Positions 63,303-64,000 of a stretch of DNA of 64,000 nucleotides are shown here, piece by piece. The position numbers and the translations under genes were made by a program. The stretch is from NCBI GenBank assembly GCA_963719315.1, contig CAVRBU010000004.1, positions 256,001 to 320,000 on the forward strand, written 5' to 3'. Positions within the stretch are counted from its first letter, which is position 1. Each line of letters opens with the position of its first letter. The stretch is from an uncultured Planctomycetota bacterium. GTDB taxonomy: Bacteria; Planctomycetota; Planctomycetia; Pirellulales; Lacipirellulaceae. The notes beneath the pieces are model-generated. The model was not told the origin of the DNA. It saw only the letters and a program-made list of their open reading frames with translations, and ran no database searches.

Positions 63303-63773
63303 ATGGCAAGCTCGTTTTGGAAACTCTCAATGGCCGGCGACGATTTCAAAAGCATTCTCGAGGTGCTGGACTGGATTCGACGCGGAGTTGTCCTCGTCCA
63401 CAAGGACACGCGTGCCAAAGGGACGTCCCAAACTTCCCAAGGCCAATACTTCACTGAGCTGGAACGCCTTGGTGATTACTTTTACCTTTGTCACGGCAAC
63501 CATGAACCCGCAGTTCTCTTCCTGGGCCAATTTACAGGGCCACCAAATCTCTTCTGTGAACGCGGGCACGGTTGGGCGGAACGATCGTTTCGATGGATTC
63601 GCACTTCGATCTCAACCAAAAACTACAACGGCCAAGCGAAATGGTGGGCTCCGAATCACAACAGCACATTTACGAAAATCCCCGAATCAGATCTCGATGA
63701 ATTTGAATCGGGTATATTGGCACCGTATTTCGACATGCACCTTGCCGACTTTAGGATCGACTATGAGTCGTAG
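63303..63773 (+). CDS. Hypothetical protein, possible stand-alone McrB-associated domain
   Basis: WKLS...VHKDT.AK...QG..F...GDYFYLCHGN...GW..R...KWWAPNHNST...ILAPYF; AGGA RBS. Family link is from memory only. Confidence 0.7.
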   Translation: MASSFWKLSMAGDDFKSILEVLDWIRRGVVLVHKDTRAKGTSQTSQGQYFTELERLGDYFYLCHGNHEPAVLFLGQFTGPPNLFCERGHGWAERSFRWIRTSISTKNYNGQAKWWAPNHNSTFTKIPESDLDEFESGILAPYFDMHLADFRIDYES

Positions 63774-63839
63774 TACTATGATGGATGGCGAATCAAACGG
63801 CCGATGAACTAAACGGTGAGCCCCGGACAGCGCCGGCCG

Positions 63840-64000
63840 ATGACGACGGTGGAGCTGACGCTAAAAGTCCAACGGCGCGGATGCCGTCCGCTCGACCGCG
63901 CTGAGGACGTGGAGCATGCCATACGGAGTGTGCTTCAATATCATCGGCGGCCGTTTCGGAAGGATGATAAGGGGCGGTGGGAAGTGGCAGAAAACTCAAC
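63840..64000 (+). CDS. Possible protein fragment running off the window
   Basis: Open frame MTTVELTLKVQRRGCRPLD...FRKDDKGRWEV; may be a remnant of a longer gene. Confidence 0.3.
   Translation, partial: MTTVELTLKVQRRGCRPLDRAEDVEHAIRSVLQYHRRPFRKDDKGRWEVAENS

Larger units (their letters stand above)
56409..64000. mobile_element. Terminal part of a prophage-like or integrative element
   Basis: att fragment at the left edge, short ORFs, AT-richer genes, DUF4041 and SRAP. Integrase and other end not in the window. Confidence 0.6.

Overview
GC-rich bacterial chromosome segment, most likely a planctomycete (Pirellulales-like). This is inferred from a DUF1501 + DUF1549/DUF1553 pair, a DUF6793-like protein, FSLRTLL-motif membrane proteins and REP-type palindromes. 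Four zones: (1) 1-13.1 kb, decaying accessory region downstream of tRNA-Asp, with sugar-catabolism genes, two deletion/fusion remnants, sdaA, a broken spermidine-synthase-like gene and an ISL3 element. (2) 13.2-37.8 kb, core-like genes: two GGDEF proteins, Mn-SOD, gltX, vWA protein, CDF transporter, barrel-less secretin-like protein, isocitrate dehydrogenase family protein, ABC permease, DUF1501/DUF1553 pair. (3) 37.8-56.4 kb, an ~18.5 kb island bracketed by two direct-repeat tRNA-Ala 3' fragments with different anticodons (CGC and TGC), each followed by shared arm-like motifs. It carries NDH-2, SDR, GMC oxidoreductase and glgX divergent from a caa3 oxidase + bc-complex operon that is split by an intact IS4 element. 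(4) 56.4-64 kb, end of a second, phage-like element: short genes from two paralog families, several apparently leaderless, separated by recurring intergenic motifs, plus a stand-alone ClpX zinc finger, DUF4041/T5orf172, SRAP and a possible stand-alone restriction-associated domain. About 14 small indels break otherwise conserved genes, so many are probably assembly errors. No CRISPR array, integrase, reverse transcriptase or rRNA was seen. Family names come from motif recognition by eye, not database searches.
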